From Candidatus Iainarchaeum sp. (GTDB taxonomy: Archaea > Iainarchaeota > Iainarchaeia > Iainarchaeales > 1-14-0-10-31-34), in the NCBI GenBank assembly GCA_040755695.1, contig JBFMAK010000003.1, positions 101,879-165,878 of the forward strand: 64,000 bases of DNA, given 5' to 3'. The notes beneath the pieces were generated by a model. It was not told where the DNA came from. It did no database searches and saw nothing but the letters and a program-made list of their open reading frames with translations. The position numbers and the translations under genes were made by a program. Numbering within the stretch: the first letter of the stretch is position 1; every line of letters begins with the position of its first letter. This document shows, one piece after another, positions 46,155 to 55,906 of the stretch.

Positions 46155-49100
46155 ATGCAATTGATTGCAGAAAAGCTTGGGGCAATCTACGGTAAAGTAG
46201 AGAATGCCTTTTACGGGGTATTAGACTTCCTTGACTCAAAAGGCATTCCAGTTTACGCACTCGTAGACCCGCTGGAAGAGAGGGGCATTCCGTTCTTCCC
46301 GCTCTTTATTGCATTAATTGTAATTCTGATTGGAGGATTTGCTGCATTCACATTAATTGGAACAGGCATTGAGACAACCCTCCAGTTAAGCATTCACGAC
46401 ATACAAAACAAGCCATTGAATGAAGTGAACCTTACAGTGTATGACGACCAAGGGAACACGCTCTTAAGCCAGCCTAACGCAGAAGACAGCACTTCAATAA
46501 AACTTCCAAAAGTAAAGCCTGGAGCAAAGATAAGCCTTTCTGCCTCAAAGCAAGGCTATGAGACAGTGCAGCAGGAGCTTGAAGTGAAAGGCAACCTAAT
46601 TGACGTTTCAATTGCAATGCAGGAAGCGGCTTCAACTATAACCCCAAAAATAAGGTTCATTGATGCCCAAACAAAAACTGCTGTGCCTTATGTTCAGGCT
46701 CACTGGAGCTTCAATGACAACTCACAGGAGGGAAGCTCGGACGAAAATGGTCTAATAGAATTAACAGGAATTCCATTGAATGAAGACATCCTCCTTGAAG
46801 CAATAGCAGACGGATACGAGGATTACTCTGATACAATACAATTCACTTCAGATACAACAAAAGTAATTGAATTAATTCCAGTTGAAGGCTCGCTCACAGG
46901 CCAAAGCACACTAATAGTAAAAGTGATTGACGCAGAAACAAAACAGCCTTTGGACAAAGCAATAGTGCAGGTGTTCGACGAAGACAGTGGCTCCAAGTTA
47001 TATGAAATAATAACAGAACAAGGCGTATTCTCGGAGAAAATAGACAAAGGAACAGTTGTGAGGGTGACAGCAGAAAAAGACGGGTATGTTAAATATGATT
47101 CAAGCGAGGAAAAAAAATTCCTTACCCTGAGAAATGACACAGAAGACTTTGGAACCATAGAATTAGAGAAAGGGGGCAGCAGGATTCAAGTGAATGTATA
47201 CGACAAAGACTCAAAAATGCTTGTAATTGACGCTCAGGTAGCATTATTCAATGACAAAGGAGAAATCATTGACTTCAATGCAACAGAATTCGGGGGCTTT
47301 GTAGAATTCAAGAACCTGGACCCGAATTCCACTTACTACATTGGAACAAGCGCAGAAAACTATCTGACAGACAGAACCAAGCTCATACCAAAAGCACTGC
47401 AGTCAATAAACATTGAATTAGAGAAGATTACAGCAGACAATTCAGGCAAACTGAATGTGTACGTAAACAATTCCCTTGGAAAGCCTGCGGGAAACGCAAT
47501 CCTGAACTTCTATGAAGAAAAAGAAGGAGAAATGCTTTTATTGGGAATTCCAGCACAAAAAACAAGCTCTGATGGAGCCTACAGCACGACAGTAAAAATG
47601 AACCAAAACATTACAGTGAGAGCAACAAAAGAAGGAGAGGAAGGCCAAGCCCAAATAACAATAGAAAAGAAATCAAACGATGTCCTCATAGAAATGCAGA
47701 AAGCAAAGACAGCAAAGACAATAAAATTCTTTGACGAAAAAGGAATTCCAATAATTGAAGGATTGCTTACAATAAAAAGCCAGGCTGGCGAAGTTCTGTA
47801 TGACGGAAATTTGAATGCAGAAGTAATATTTGACACAGCAGGAAATGATTTTGTTTTAGTTCAAGCGCAAACCCCGGACGGAAAAACATTTGAGGAATTG
47901 GTTGACACAAGAAACAAGGATGAACTGTCAATAGAATTCAATAAGGCCCCAATGAACGAATTAGCTCCAAAAATAGAATTCTTGGGCATATTCGACTTAG
48001 AGGAGAATGAAATTGAAGGCCTGACAAAAGGAGAAGAAGCAATACTGAAATTTGAAACCCAATGGATTAAAGGAAACTATTCAGGCGGAGTGCACATTAG
48101 GGTAGGGCCAGACAACATCAAATACATTGACTCGCAGTATGCAGGAATAACAGGCTTTGAGGCCCCAACACAAAAATACTTTTTGGGCAGAACCTACAGC
48201 CCAACCCCTGCTCCAGGAGCAGAAGGCCTAGATTACAGCAACAGAGGCCAAACAGGAGCAATGAACAAATTCTTGGAGTTATATTTCAACAACCCTGAAG
48301 GAACAAAAATAATCAAAGTGAAAGTCCAGGCAAGAGAAACAATAAAAGAAGACAAAATTAATTTAAGTTACAGGGCATGGAGCAAAATTAATGGGCAATA
48401 CAACAGGAATCCAGCTGACACAATATTAAACGAAGAGGAATTCAATGAATCAAAGCAAGGCTTATACGCAGAAACAACAAGCAAAGAAATAAAAGTATTC
48501 ACCACAAAACCTTCATGCTCTGAAGACCTCTGCGCAAACTACTTATTTTACGACGCAAGCGGCAGGTCCTACAGCACAAAAGAATTCATTGCACTCAAAG
48601 ACAATGCTTATGCACTGGAAATAGAATTGAATGCAAGAAAAACAGTCAATGCAATAATCAAGGCTTCAACCAATCCTTCAGCGCCAAAGATTGCATTCAC
48701 AGGAAAAGAGGAAGGAGAATTCACTGAAATAGCAGACAACAATAACTCAGACACCTCAATTGAAACAACAGAAAATGTCACGAGAGCAGAAGCAAAAAAG
48801 ATAAGATTCTACTTTAAGGCAAAAGAGTTAGGAACTTCTTCTATAAAAGTCCAAGCAATAGCAGGAAGCTCTTCAACTGAAGAAGACTTATACTTCAAGG
48901 TGTTCCAAGAAAAAGAAATGAGCCTGACAACAATCCCCTCAGAGCTCAGCTTCGGGAAAGACTTTGAAATACAATTAAAAGGAAAGAATGAAAACGAGCC
49001 CGTAAAGGACGCAGAAATAAAAATCTTTAATTCAGAAGAAAAATTGGTTGAACACATAGTTGGAGACGGAAAAAATGGAACGGGAGCAAACGGAAGATAT

Positions 49101-52100
49101 AAAGTAAATAATAATTTGGGATTAGGAAGCTACAGGATTGAAGCAACTTCCCCTTATTATACCCCAATAAGCTCTGAAATCACAATAGGAAAAGAAGACG
49201 CATTCACTTTAGCAGAAAAAATTTCCTTGTTTATTCCAGCGCAGGAGACAAGCACTGCAGCAACAGAATCTTTGAGTAATAATTCAGGCGAAGACATAGA
49301 TAATATCTCAATTGAAATCATTAAAGAAAAGAATTTCCCTTCAACGCTTGAGGTTACAGCAGAAACAAACCCTTTCATGAATAAGGGAGAGAAAGCAGGC
49401 ATTGAATTGAAAGCAGACTATTCAGGCGACCCAGCAGTAACCGTGCACGGGGAAGCAGACTTAATAATAACAGGAGAAATTAAAGGAAAATTTACTGCAA
49501 AGGCAAAATCCAAAATCATAATAGAATACAACAAGAAATTAGATGGAAGCTGCCTGCAATTAGACAAAACAGAATTAAAGGAATACCTGATAGGCCAAGA
49601 AGGAAACTCAAAAGACTTAGAGCTCACAATAAAAAACAACTGCGGAATGCCCTTAACACTAAAAAGCGAAATAACACCAAAAACAACAAGAGAAGAAAGC
49701 ATTGAATTCATCCTGCCTGAAGTAAGGCTGAAAAAAGATGAAACACAAACAATAAAGATTGGAGTACAGAACAGGATAAGAAGGACATTTGACGCGCAGG
49801 AAAACAAGGACTACACCTTCTTCCTGAAATCCTTCCAGATAACCAAAAGCCTCCCACTCACAATAATTTTATGGGACGAAAAATTCTCTTTAAGCGCCCC
49901 AGCACAGTTAGTATTCTTCCTCACTCAATCAAAAGCAAACCAGAAAGCAGTAAGCTTCCCGCAATTTGTCTATGTAAGAAACACAGGCTTTGCAGACATA
50001 AAAAATTTAACATTAGGAATTGACAGGGTTGACTGGCAGAATGTAGGCATAAGAATCCTGCCAGAACAGGCAGTGCCCTTACTGGCAAAAAGCCAAAACC
50101 TAAACCCCCCTTACATCTTAGTGGCAGAAGGGGACTCAGCAAAAAACAAGTTCGTGAAAGGAAGGCTGCTCTTAAACGGATTCATTGAAGGAAAAAGCTA
50201 TTTGCTCAGAACAATCGATGTATTCGTTTACGTGAGCGCAGGAATGAGCTGCCTTGAAGCATGGAGCGATGAGGACTTACTCTTTATTTCAAGCGAAACA
50301 GGCCCTGTAGTAATACAGAAGCCAATAAAAATATTCAATCATTGTCTTGAGCCAGTGCAGATAACAGGCTTAATGGCTCCAGGGGGAAGCATCCCGAACA
50401 CAGGGAACAATCAATTGTACACTAATGCAAGCAATACAACCTTAATGCCTGACACCCTGGGCGAATTCACTCTCACTTTATCTGCTGACAGGGACTGGCA
50501 GGGAGAATCAACAGTAATACTTAAAGGATTCGGGGTTAACAGCCTGCAGGAGATTGACTCCAGCCCATTAAAGATTTCAATAAAGAAAGGAGAGAATGTA
50601 AGCACGTGCAATGCAGGAGCTGATCAGCCGTGCCTTTCATCTGACTCACAGACCATAGACGTGTGCGGTGAAGGCGAAGGCTCAAAAACAATATTCTGGC
50701 CTAAAATATCACAGAACAACGACTGCACCCAAGGCTACTGCGACGCAAAACAATTATCTGTATTCCTTGCAGAAAAACTGCAGCAGAAAATAAAAGAAGC
50801 AAAATCAAGAATCCTCACTCTAAGCAGTTCATCCCTCAATTTAGGAGGGAAATGCATTGAAGGATACTGCACTTTCGGAGCCTTAGGAGTAAAGCCTGAA
50901 TCATTTGAATTCTACTTCCAGGGAGACAGGCTTGGCACAGGAATATTCGAGAACGAGATAAGGCAAGGGAAATACGATGAATTATTGAATCCTTACATAA
51001 GGGAAAGCGACGAAGACATTACAGACATTGCAAGGTCAGGCTTTACTGGAAGAACAATAATAATTCCAATGCAATTGAAAGGCTGTGGAAGATATACAAC
51101 AAAAATTCTTGGGGCAGTGCAGGAATACAATACAGAATTAAAGCCAGAGAACATTGCAATCCAAGTAAAATTGGACGGGAGAAGGGAGACAACACCAGAA
51201 TGCAATAACAGGATACAGAATGTAATGAACTTCCTTCCAGTAGACAAAGGCTATGATGCAGGAACAAAAGATGCAAGCTGGGCTGCCCTCATAAGAAGCA
51301 ATTCAGACCTGAAAGACATAGCAGAAGACTTCGGGAAAGCATTGTTTGAAACAGAAAAAGGAAGGGTTGTAAGCAGTCCATCAGACAACTACATTGAATT
51401 CGCAGTTGCAGACTTAGGGCAATACATACTCAAAATAGAAATTGAAAGGAAAGGCGCAGCAGACGAGCCAAAAAAAGTTTTAGTAACAATTAATTCAAAT
51501 TACAATGAAGCAAGCGATGAAGTCACAAGAAAAAGCATTGCAACAGAAGCAGGAAACATTATAAGAAGGTTAAAGAACAACAAGATAGACAAGGGCTGCA
51601 TCTCAAAAAACGAAGACTACTTCCTCATAAGCTCAGTGAAAGACTTCAAGGAAGAGGCTGCATTGAAATTAGAAGGACCAAAGGAACTGAAATTATACAT
51701 CAACAAGGAAAGCTGCATTGACCTGAATATTACAACAAAAATTAAGACTGCATTAGACATTGCATTCAATTCCTCTGACTTCAAAAGCAAGGCAGGCATT
51801 ACAAGCATTGGCCTCAAAAAAGAAAAAAAGGATTCAATTGAAGAAAAAATAAGCTTTGAGGCAGGGCAATTGAAATTAAAAGGAAAAGACGAGAAGAATA
51901 AAATTTATTCTGCTTCCTTCCAGTTGTGCGCCACAGCAGACAATGAAGTGCAATACGCAGACTTAAGCGAGGTAACAGTGAACATAGAAGGAATAGACAT
52001 TGAAGACCACAAAATTACACTAAAAATCTGCGGCATAACACCGCAAGACTTGTACGCAGAAGTAAGAAACAACATCAATAACAATGCCTTCAAAGTCGGA

Positions 52101-54050
52101 GAAAAACCTTATTTTGCCACAGTAGGCTGGAACGACAATGGAGATACTTTGAGTCTGGCTGACATAGAGAAAGACTACTACGACAAGCACAAAGACCAAG
52201 ACCCGCAGAATGTGCTAAAGAAAGAAATCAAAACAAAGAGATTAACTGGGATAGGCGCTTATACGGCGGGTTGTGTTGCTGGCGTTTTTGCAACCAATGC
52301 TGCATATACAGTAGTTGGGTTAGGATTTGGAAAAATTTTTTGGGATCTTATATTTGATTGCGGATTGCCCGCAGGAGTGGGAGCGGCAAATGAGTTTGGC
52401 GCATTTGAAGGCAACAGCCCATTAAAGCCTCTGAAAGGAATAATAAACTTTATTGGAGGCGGCATGAACATTGCAGGAAAAGTTGCAGGGGTTGGAGGCA
52501 CAGAAACACCCCCAACCTCTTCAGGGTATAACTTGGAAAACCAGAAATTGGATGACGGCACAGGAACAGAAAACTTAAGTGAACAAGATTTAAGCCTAAT
52601 ATATGGAACAACAGCTATAGATCTATTAGGGAGAGGAATAGCCGGTGGAGCAAAGAAATTAGTAACAAAAGCAGAAGTACCCCAGGCTCCAGCACCAGCA
52701 GTACAAGATTTTGCTAGTCTGGAGAAAAAAATAAACGACTTAGGTTTCTCTATACAAAAGCACAACAATGCAGTAATAAGTGCAAGAAAAGATTATGGAA
52801 AAACTTTATCCAGTAGTCTCCGCCCAGAAGAAGCTGTTGAAATAAGAAAAGCATCTAATCATTTCATAGAAGGAATTTTGAAAGAAGGGCAGGAAATTGA
52901 CGGCATGTTCAGCAAGATGGATAGAACAACGCTTGCAGCACATCAAAACGATTTATTAAAGTTTAAGAAAATGCTGGCTAACATAGAAATTGAGGAAGCA
53001 AAAGGTGGCTCAATAAGAATAATAAGCAAAAGTTCAATAACCAGAGTTCAGACAAGTGTATTAAGTGACCCTGCAGTCGTATCAGACATAGAAAATATAA
53101 TTAAAGCAGGGGGAAAACCCAAAGTCACAGCACTCAAAGAAGTATTATCTGTAATTAAAAGCCCTATTACAAGAGGGATCCTAAAATTTTTAGGTGGGCA
53201 GTTAGGAGGAAAGATTGTGTGGAACTGGTACTGGAAATCGCAAGGCCCAGTTTCTCCTTATGAAGTTACATCTGGAATAGTGAAGACTGAAAGAGGGGTA
53301 ACCTCAAATGTGGATGGAGGCGTTTTCGAGAAAAACCAGACATACAAAGTGTCTTTAAAGAAAGACGAGAAAACAGGCAAACCATTAATGCAATTCGAGA
53401 AAGTGGTAGACTTAAAAGATGTTGACAATGAAAGAAGGCTTGATGACTGCGACGGAAAGTTCCTGGAGCAAAAGCCCCCTGAAGCTAAGACTGCTTTATC
53501 ACAGGCATGTAATATCACAAAAGAAAGTGTAACACCCCAAAGCCTGAGCAGATGCGAGCCATTAAAGACGCCAATAGAAACATTTTCCAGTTCATTCACT
53601 GTTGACCCGCTAATGATGACATCAATTTACTGGCAGGAATCAAAATGCAATCCAAATGAAGCAGACGGAGGGCTATGCCAGCTTACATCAGAAAACAGGC
53701 AAGGGATTACAACAACAGAACAGCAAATACGGCAGTGCACTAAACTTTATTCTGATTGCCTGCAGAATGCCCGAGGCAAGGGCCTTTCAGGGGAAGAAGC
53801 AACGCAATACGCTTTATTCTGCTTCAACAGAGGCCAGGGAACACAGAATCTGGCACTTGACCTGAAATACAATCAAGGGAAAGACAATTATACTGCAATG
53901 GCTGAAGCGTGTTATACTTATTTCAAGAATGGCTGCGGCAAGCTATCAGCAAAAGACTGCTGTGAAGGGGAAGGATTTGGCGCAAGATATCCTGAAAAAG
54001 TTTTAGGAATTTATAATAAGGCGTGCAGCGAGATTGGAACTCCTGCATAA
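46155..54050 (+). CDS. Giant membrane-anchored surface protein (2631 aa) with repeated prealbumin/Ig-like domains, a Gly-rich hydrophobic segment and a C-terminal lytic-transglycosylase (SLT)-like domain
   Basis: N-terminal conserved motif plus TM (…GIPVYALVDPLEERGIPFFPLFIALIVILIGGFAAF). Repeated CarbopepD_reg-like units (VKVIDAETKQPLDKAIVQVFDEDSG...). C-terminal YWQESKCNPNEADGGLCQLT resembles the ES..NP.A...G.GLMQ motif of family-23 lytic transglycosylases. Confidence 0.8.
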   Translation: MQLIAEKLGAIYGKVENAFYGVLDFLDSKGIPVYALVDPLEERGIPFFPLFIALIVILIGGFAAFTLIGTGIETTLQLSIHDIQNKPLNEVNLTVYDDQGNTLLSQPNAEDSTSIKLPKVKPGAKISLSASKQGYETVQQELEVKGNLIDVSIAMQEAASTITPKIRFIDAQTKTAVPYVQAHWSFNDNSQEGSSDENGLIELTGIPLNEDILLEAIADGYEDYSDTIQFTSDTTKVIELIPVEGSLTGQSTLIVKVIDAETKQPLDKAIVQVFDEDSGSKLYEIITEQGVFSEKIDKGTVVRVTAEKDGYVKYDSSEEKKFLTLRNDTEDFGTIELEKGGSRIQVNVYDKDSKMLVIDAQVALFNDKGEIIDFNATEFGGFVEFKNLDPNSTYYIGTSAENYLTDRTKLIPKALQSINIELEKITADNSGKLNVYVNNSLGKPAGNAILNFYEEKEGEMLLLGIPAQKTSSDGAYSTTVKMNQNITVRATKEGEEGQAQITIEKKSNDVLIEMQKAKTAKTIKFFDEKGIPIIEGLLTIKSQAGEVLYDGNLNAEVIFDTAGNDFVLVQAQTPDGKTFEELVDTRNKDELSIEFNKAPMNELAPKIEFLGIFDLEENEIEGLTKGEEAILKFETQWIKGNYSGGVHIRVGPDNIKYIDSQYAGITGFEAPTQKYFLGRTYSPTPAPGAEGLDYSNRGQTGAMNKFLELYFNNPEGTKIIKVKVQARETIKEDKINLSYRAWSKINGQYNRNPADTILNEEEFNESKQGLYAETTSKEIKVFTTKPSCSEDLCANYLFYDASGRSYSTKEFIALKDNAYALEIELNARKTVNAIIKASTNPSAPKIAFTGKEEGEFTEIADNNNSDTSIETTENVTRAEAKKIRFYFKAKELGTSSIKVQAIAGSSSTEEDLYFKVFQEKEMSLTTIPSELSFGKDFEIQLKGKNENEPVKDAEIKIFNSEEKLVEHIVGDGKNGTGANGRYKVNNNLGLGSYRIEATSPYYTPISSEITIGKEDAFTLAEKISLFIPAQETSTAATESLSNNSGEDIDNISIEIIKEKNFPSTLEVTAETNPFMNKGEKAGIELKADYSGDPAVTVHGEADLIITGEIKGKFTAKAKSKIIIEYNKKLDGSCLQLDKTELKEYLIGQEGNSKDLELTIKNNCGMPLTLKSEITPKTTREESIEFILPEVRLKKDETQTIKIGVQNRIRRTFDAQENKDYTFFLKSFQITKSLPLTIILWDEKFSLSAPAQLVFFLTQSKANQKAVSFPQFVYVRNTGFADIKNLTLGIDRVDWQNVGIRILPEQAVPLLAKSQNLNPPYILVAEGDSAKNKFVKGRLLLNGFIEGKSYLLRTIDVFVYVSAGMSCLEAWSDEDLLFISSETGPVVIQKPIKIFNHCLEPVQITGLMAPGGSIPNTGNNQLYTNASNTTLMPDTLGEFTLTLSADRDWQGESTVILKGFGVNSLQEIDSSPLKISIKKGENVSTCNAGADQPCLSSDSQTIDVCGEGEGSKTIFWPKISQNNDCTQGYCDAKQLSVFLAEKLQQKIKEAKSRILTLSSSSLNLGGKCIEGYCTFGALGVKPESFEFYFQGDRLGTGIFENEIRQGKYDELLNPYIRESDEDITDIARSGFTGRTIIIPMQLKGCGRYTTKILGAVQEYNTELKPENIAIQVKLDGRRETTPECNNRIQNVMNFLPVDKGYDAGTKDASWAALIRSNSDLKDIAEDFGKALFETEKGRVVSSPSDNYIEFAVADLGQYILKIEIERKGAADEPKKVLVTINSNYNEASDEVTRKSIATEAGNIIRRLKNNKIDKGCISKNEDYFLISSVKDFKEEAALKLEGPKELKLYINKESCIDLNITTKIKTALDIAFNSSDFKSKAGITSIGLKKEKKDSIEEKISFEAGQLKLKGKDEKNKIYSASFQLCATADNEVQYADLSEVTVNIEGIDIEDHKITLKICGITPQDLYAEVRNNINNNAFKVGEKPYFATVGWNDNGDTLSLADIEKDYYDKHKDQDPQNVLKKEIKTKRLTGIGAYTAGCVAGVFATNAAYTVVGLGFGKIFWDLIFDCGLPAGVGAANEFGAFEGNSPLKPLKGIINFIGGGMNIAGKVAGVGGTETPPTSSGYNLENQKLDDGTGTENLSEQDLSLIYGTTAIDLLGRGIAGGAKKLVTKAEVPQAPAPAVQDFASLEKKINDLGFSIQKHNNAVISARKDYGKTLSSSLRPEEAVEIRKASNHFIEGILKEGQEIDGMFSKMDRTTLAAHQNDLLKFKKMLANIEIEEAKGGSIRIISKSSITRVQTSVLSDPAVVSDIENIIKAGGKPKVTALKEVLSVIKSPITRGILKFLGGQLGGKIVWNWYWKSQGPVSPYEVTSGIVKTERGVTSNVDGGVFEKNQTYKVSLKKDEKTGKPLMQFEKVVDLKDVDNERRLDDCDGKFLEQKPPEAKTALSQACNITKESVTPQSLSRCEPLKTPIETFSSSFTVDPLMMTSIYWQESKCNPNEADGGLCQLTSENRQGITTTEQQIRQCTKLYSDCLQNARGKGLSGEEATQYALFCFNRGQGTQNLALDLKYNQGKDNYTAMAEACYTYFKNGCGKLSAKDCCEGEGFGARYPEKVLGIYNKACSEIGTPA

Positions 54051-54071
54051 ATTTTGTTTTGGTGTTATTCA

Positions 54072-55721
54072 ATGAAAAGCAAAGGCTTTACATTATTCAC
54101 TGCTCTGGTTTCTTTTGTGCTGATTGTGCTAAGCATTCTTTTAGTGCAGGGAATGATTAATGCAGAGAGGGCGAGAATTGACACTATAACTGCAATAGAA
54201 GAGCAGGCTAAAATGCAGGAGATCGCAGACCATGAAAGAAACGATGCGCTGCAATTGCTTGTGTACGACATCAGGTTTGAGCTGGAGGACTACTTCAACA
54301 GGGAAGACAAGATAGGCCCTTTATGCTATAATTGCAGCTTTGATGAATTAGTCCAGCAGTTTGCTGAAAGCAAGTTCGGCGCCTGCTCCAGAGAAATGCC
54401 TGCAGAAGAATGCAACAGGACAGGGGGGGAACAATTAGCGAATTTTGTTGCAGCAACCTTGTACGGGCAATTAAGCTCGACAAAAACAATAGGCTCTTAT
54501 TACATTAAAACTGACCTGGGAGATGAAACAGAGCTCAAGTCAAGCCTGAAAAACTTGATTAATAAAAGTGCAGGGCAAGGATCTTTTTTTAAAGTAATTG
54601 AATGCGAGAACGGAGACCCTAAAAACTGCACTGGAACATTCTATCTTTCCTTGAGGGTAGGAGACCTTTCAAACGAAGAATACGAGAAGCTGCCCAGAAT
54701 TTCAGTCACAAACACGCAGACAGGCAGAGTGCTTCAAGTTGCAGTCCTTCCAAGAAGCAACTTCCAGATTTATGTGCCTTTAAGATTCTTCAAGGCAGTG
54801 GCAGAAGCAAGGGCACTAGTAATGGAGTACGATAAAGAGGATTCTGGAAGCTGGAGCAGTAACATGGGGTTATTCAGCCCGAGAATACACAACGAATTAG
54901 AAGAATTGAAATTAGGAATGTGCGACAAAGACATTTGCAATTATAGAACAAATCCCTATAAGCCCCCAGACAGTGAAACAATGAGCACGGCATGGTGCCC
55001 TAATGAATTGGCCCCCCCGCCACTAGATCAAAGCATAAATTGCGATAGTCTATTATTTTCTTTAGGGTTTTGCGATGGCAGAATTACAAAATATAACCCA
55101 TCGAAAAAGAAAGACATAGAAGATGCAGTAATAGAATTGACAAAAAAGAGGTTGTATAATTTAATTGACAATAAACTTAACATTTACCTAAATAATGACC
55201 CTAATTTTAAATATGTTGGTAGCGAAATTACCCCTGCTGTCGAAGTAAAAAATTCAAAGATTATTTTTTCGAGCGGAAGCTTAGCATCAGTATCTGGAAA
55301 TAAAGATTGGTCTTACAGGGACCCTTGCTCTTACACTAATACTGGAGTTTGGCTTGAAAATAATAAAATAAAAGGAGAAAAAATTTCTGGTGAATGCGAA
55401 GGAGATCAATCAGGCACTTTAGGTCACGGTTTTTGCGGGGAACTCTCATCAATTGATGTTGTATTTAAGTTCAATGAATTAAATCCGCTTTATGCAGTAA
55501 ACAAAAAAAAACCTGAACACAAATATTCAATCTGGTTTGAAGACAATCTTTATTCATCTTTTACAGCAAAATATGAAAGAAAAGCAACAAACAGTGACTG
55601 TGCACTTAATGGAGAACCTCAGCCTATTTCAGGCGGATGCAATTATGTTGCTGGGTGGAGTTGTTTTGTTGAAATTCCAATGAGTGGCTCATACGAAGGA
55701 TGCCAACCAAAAGCCCCTTAA
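54072..55721 (+). CDS. Cys-rich pilin-like secreted protein (550 aa) with class III/type IV-pilin-type signal peptide
   Basis: MKSKG|FTLFTALVSFVLIVLSILL (a G|FTL-type prepilin motif). Many Cys residues. GGTG RBS upstream of the ATG at 54072. Confidence 0.6.
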   Translation: MKSKGFTLFTALVSFVLIVLSILLVQGMINAERARIDTITAIEEQAKMQEIADHERNDALQLLVYDIRFELEDYFNREDKIGPLCYNCSFDELVQQFAESKFGACSREMPAEECNRTGGEQLANFVAATLYGQLSSTKTIGSYYIKTDLGDETELKSSLKNLINKSAGQGSFFKVIECENGDPKNCTGTFYLSLRVGDLSNEEYEKLPRISVTNTQTGRVLQVAVLPRSNFQIYVPLRFFKAVAEARALVMEYDKEDSGSWSSNMGLFSPRIHNELEELKLGMCDKDICNYRTNPYKPPDSETMSTAWCPNELAPPPLDQSINCDSLLFSLGFCDGRITKYNPSKKKDIEDAVIELTKKRLYNLIDNKLNIYLNNDPNFKYVGSEITPAVEVKNSKIIFSSGSLASVSGNKDWSYRDPCSYTNTGVWLENNKIKGEKISGECEGDQSGTLGHGFCGELSSIDVVFKFNELNPLYAVNKKKPEHKYSIWFEDNLYSSFTAKYERKATNSDCALNGEPQPISGGCNYVAGWSCFVEIPMSGSYEGCQPKAP

Positions 55722-55817
55722 AAATAAATTAAACTAAAATTTATGCAATTGCCTTTGTTCTTTTGCTAATTGACTTTTTTTGGTTGTTTTTAAGGTTTTT
55801 GCGCCTGGACTGGAGTT

Positions 55818-55828
55818 AATTATATAAA
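55818..55828 (+). promoter_or_regulatory. TATA-box-like element upstream of giant gene 2
   Basis: aattatataaa lies ~80 nt upstream of the ATG at 55907. A similar ctttaaataaac lies upstream of giant gene 1 (around 46095). Confidence 0.3.
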
Positions 55829-55906
55829 GAAATAAATACATTATTTCAATTGGAAATTAATTTATTCAGGAATTAATGCAGTTTTCGGGAATGTGAGGAA
55901 TAAGCA

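Noticed and set aside
46823-53599. Numerous 60-170 aa minus-strand ORFs inside the giant genes (e.g., 52259..52768, 49418..49807)
   Set aside because: They are embedded antisense in long, uninterrupted, domain-rich plus-strand ORFs, and their compositions are typical of spurious antisense frames.
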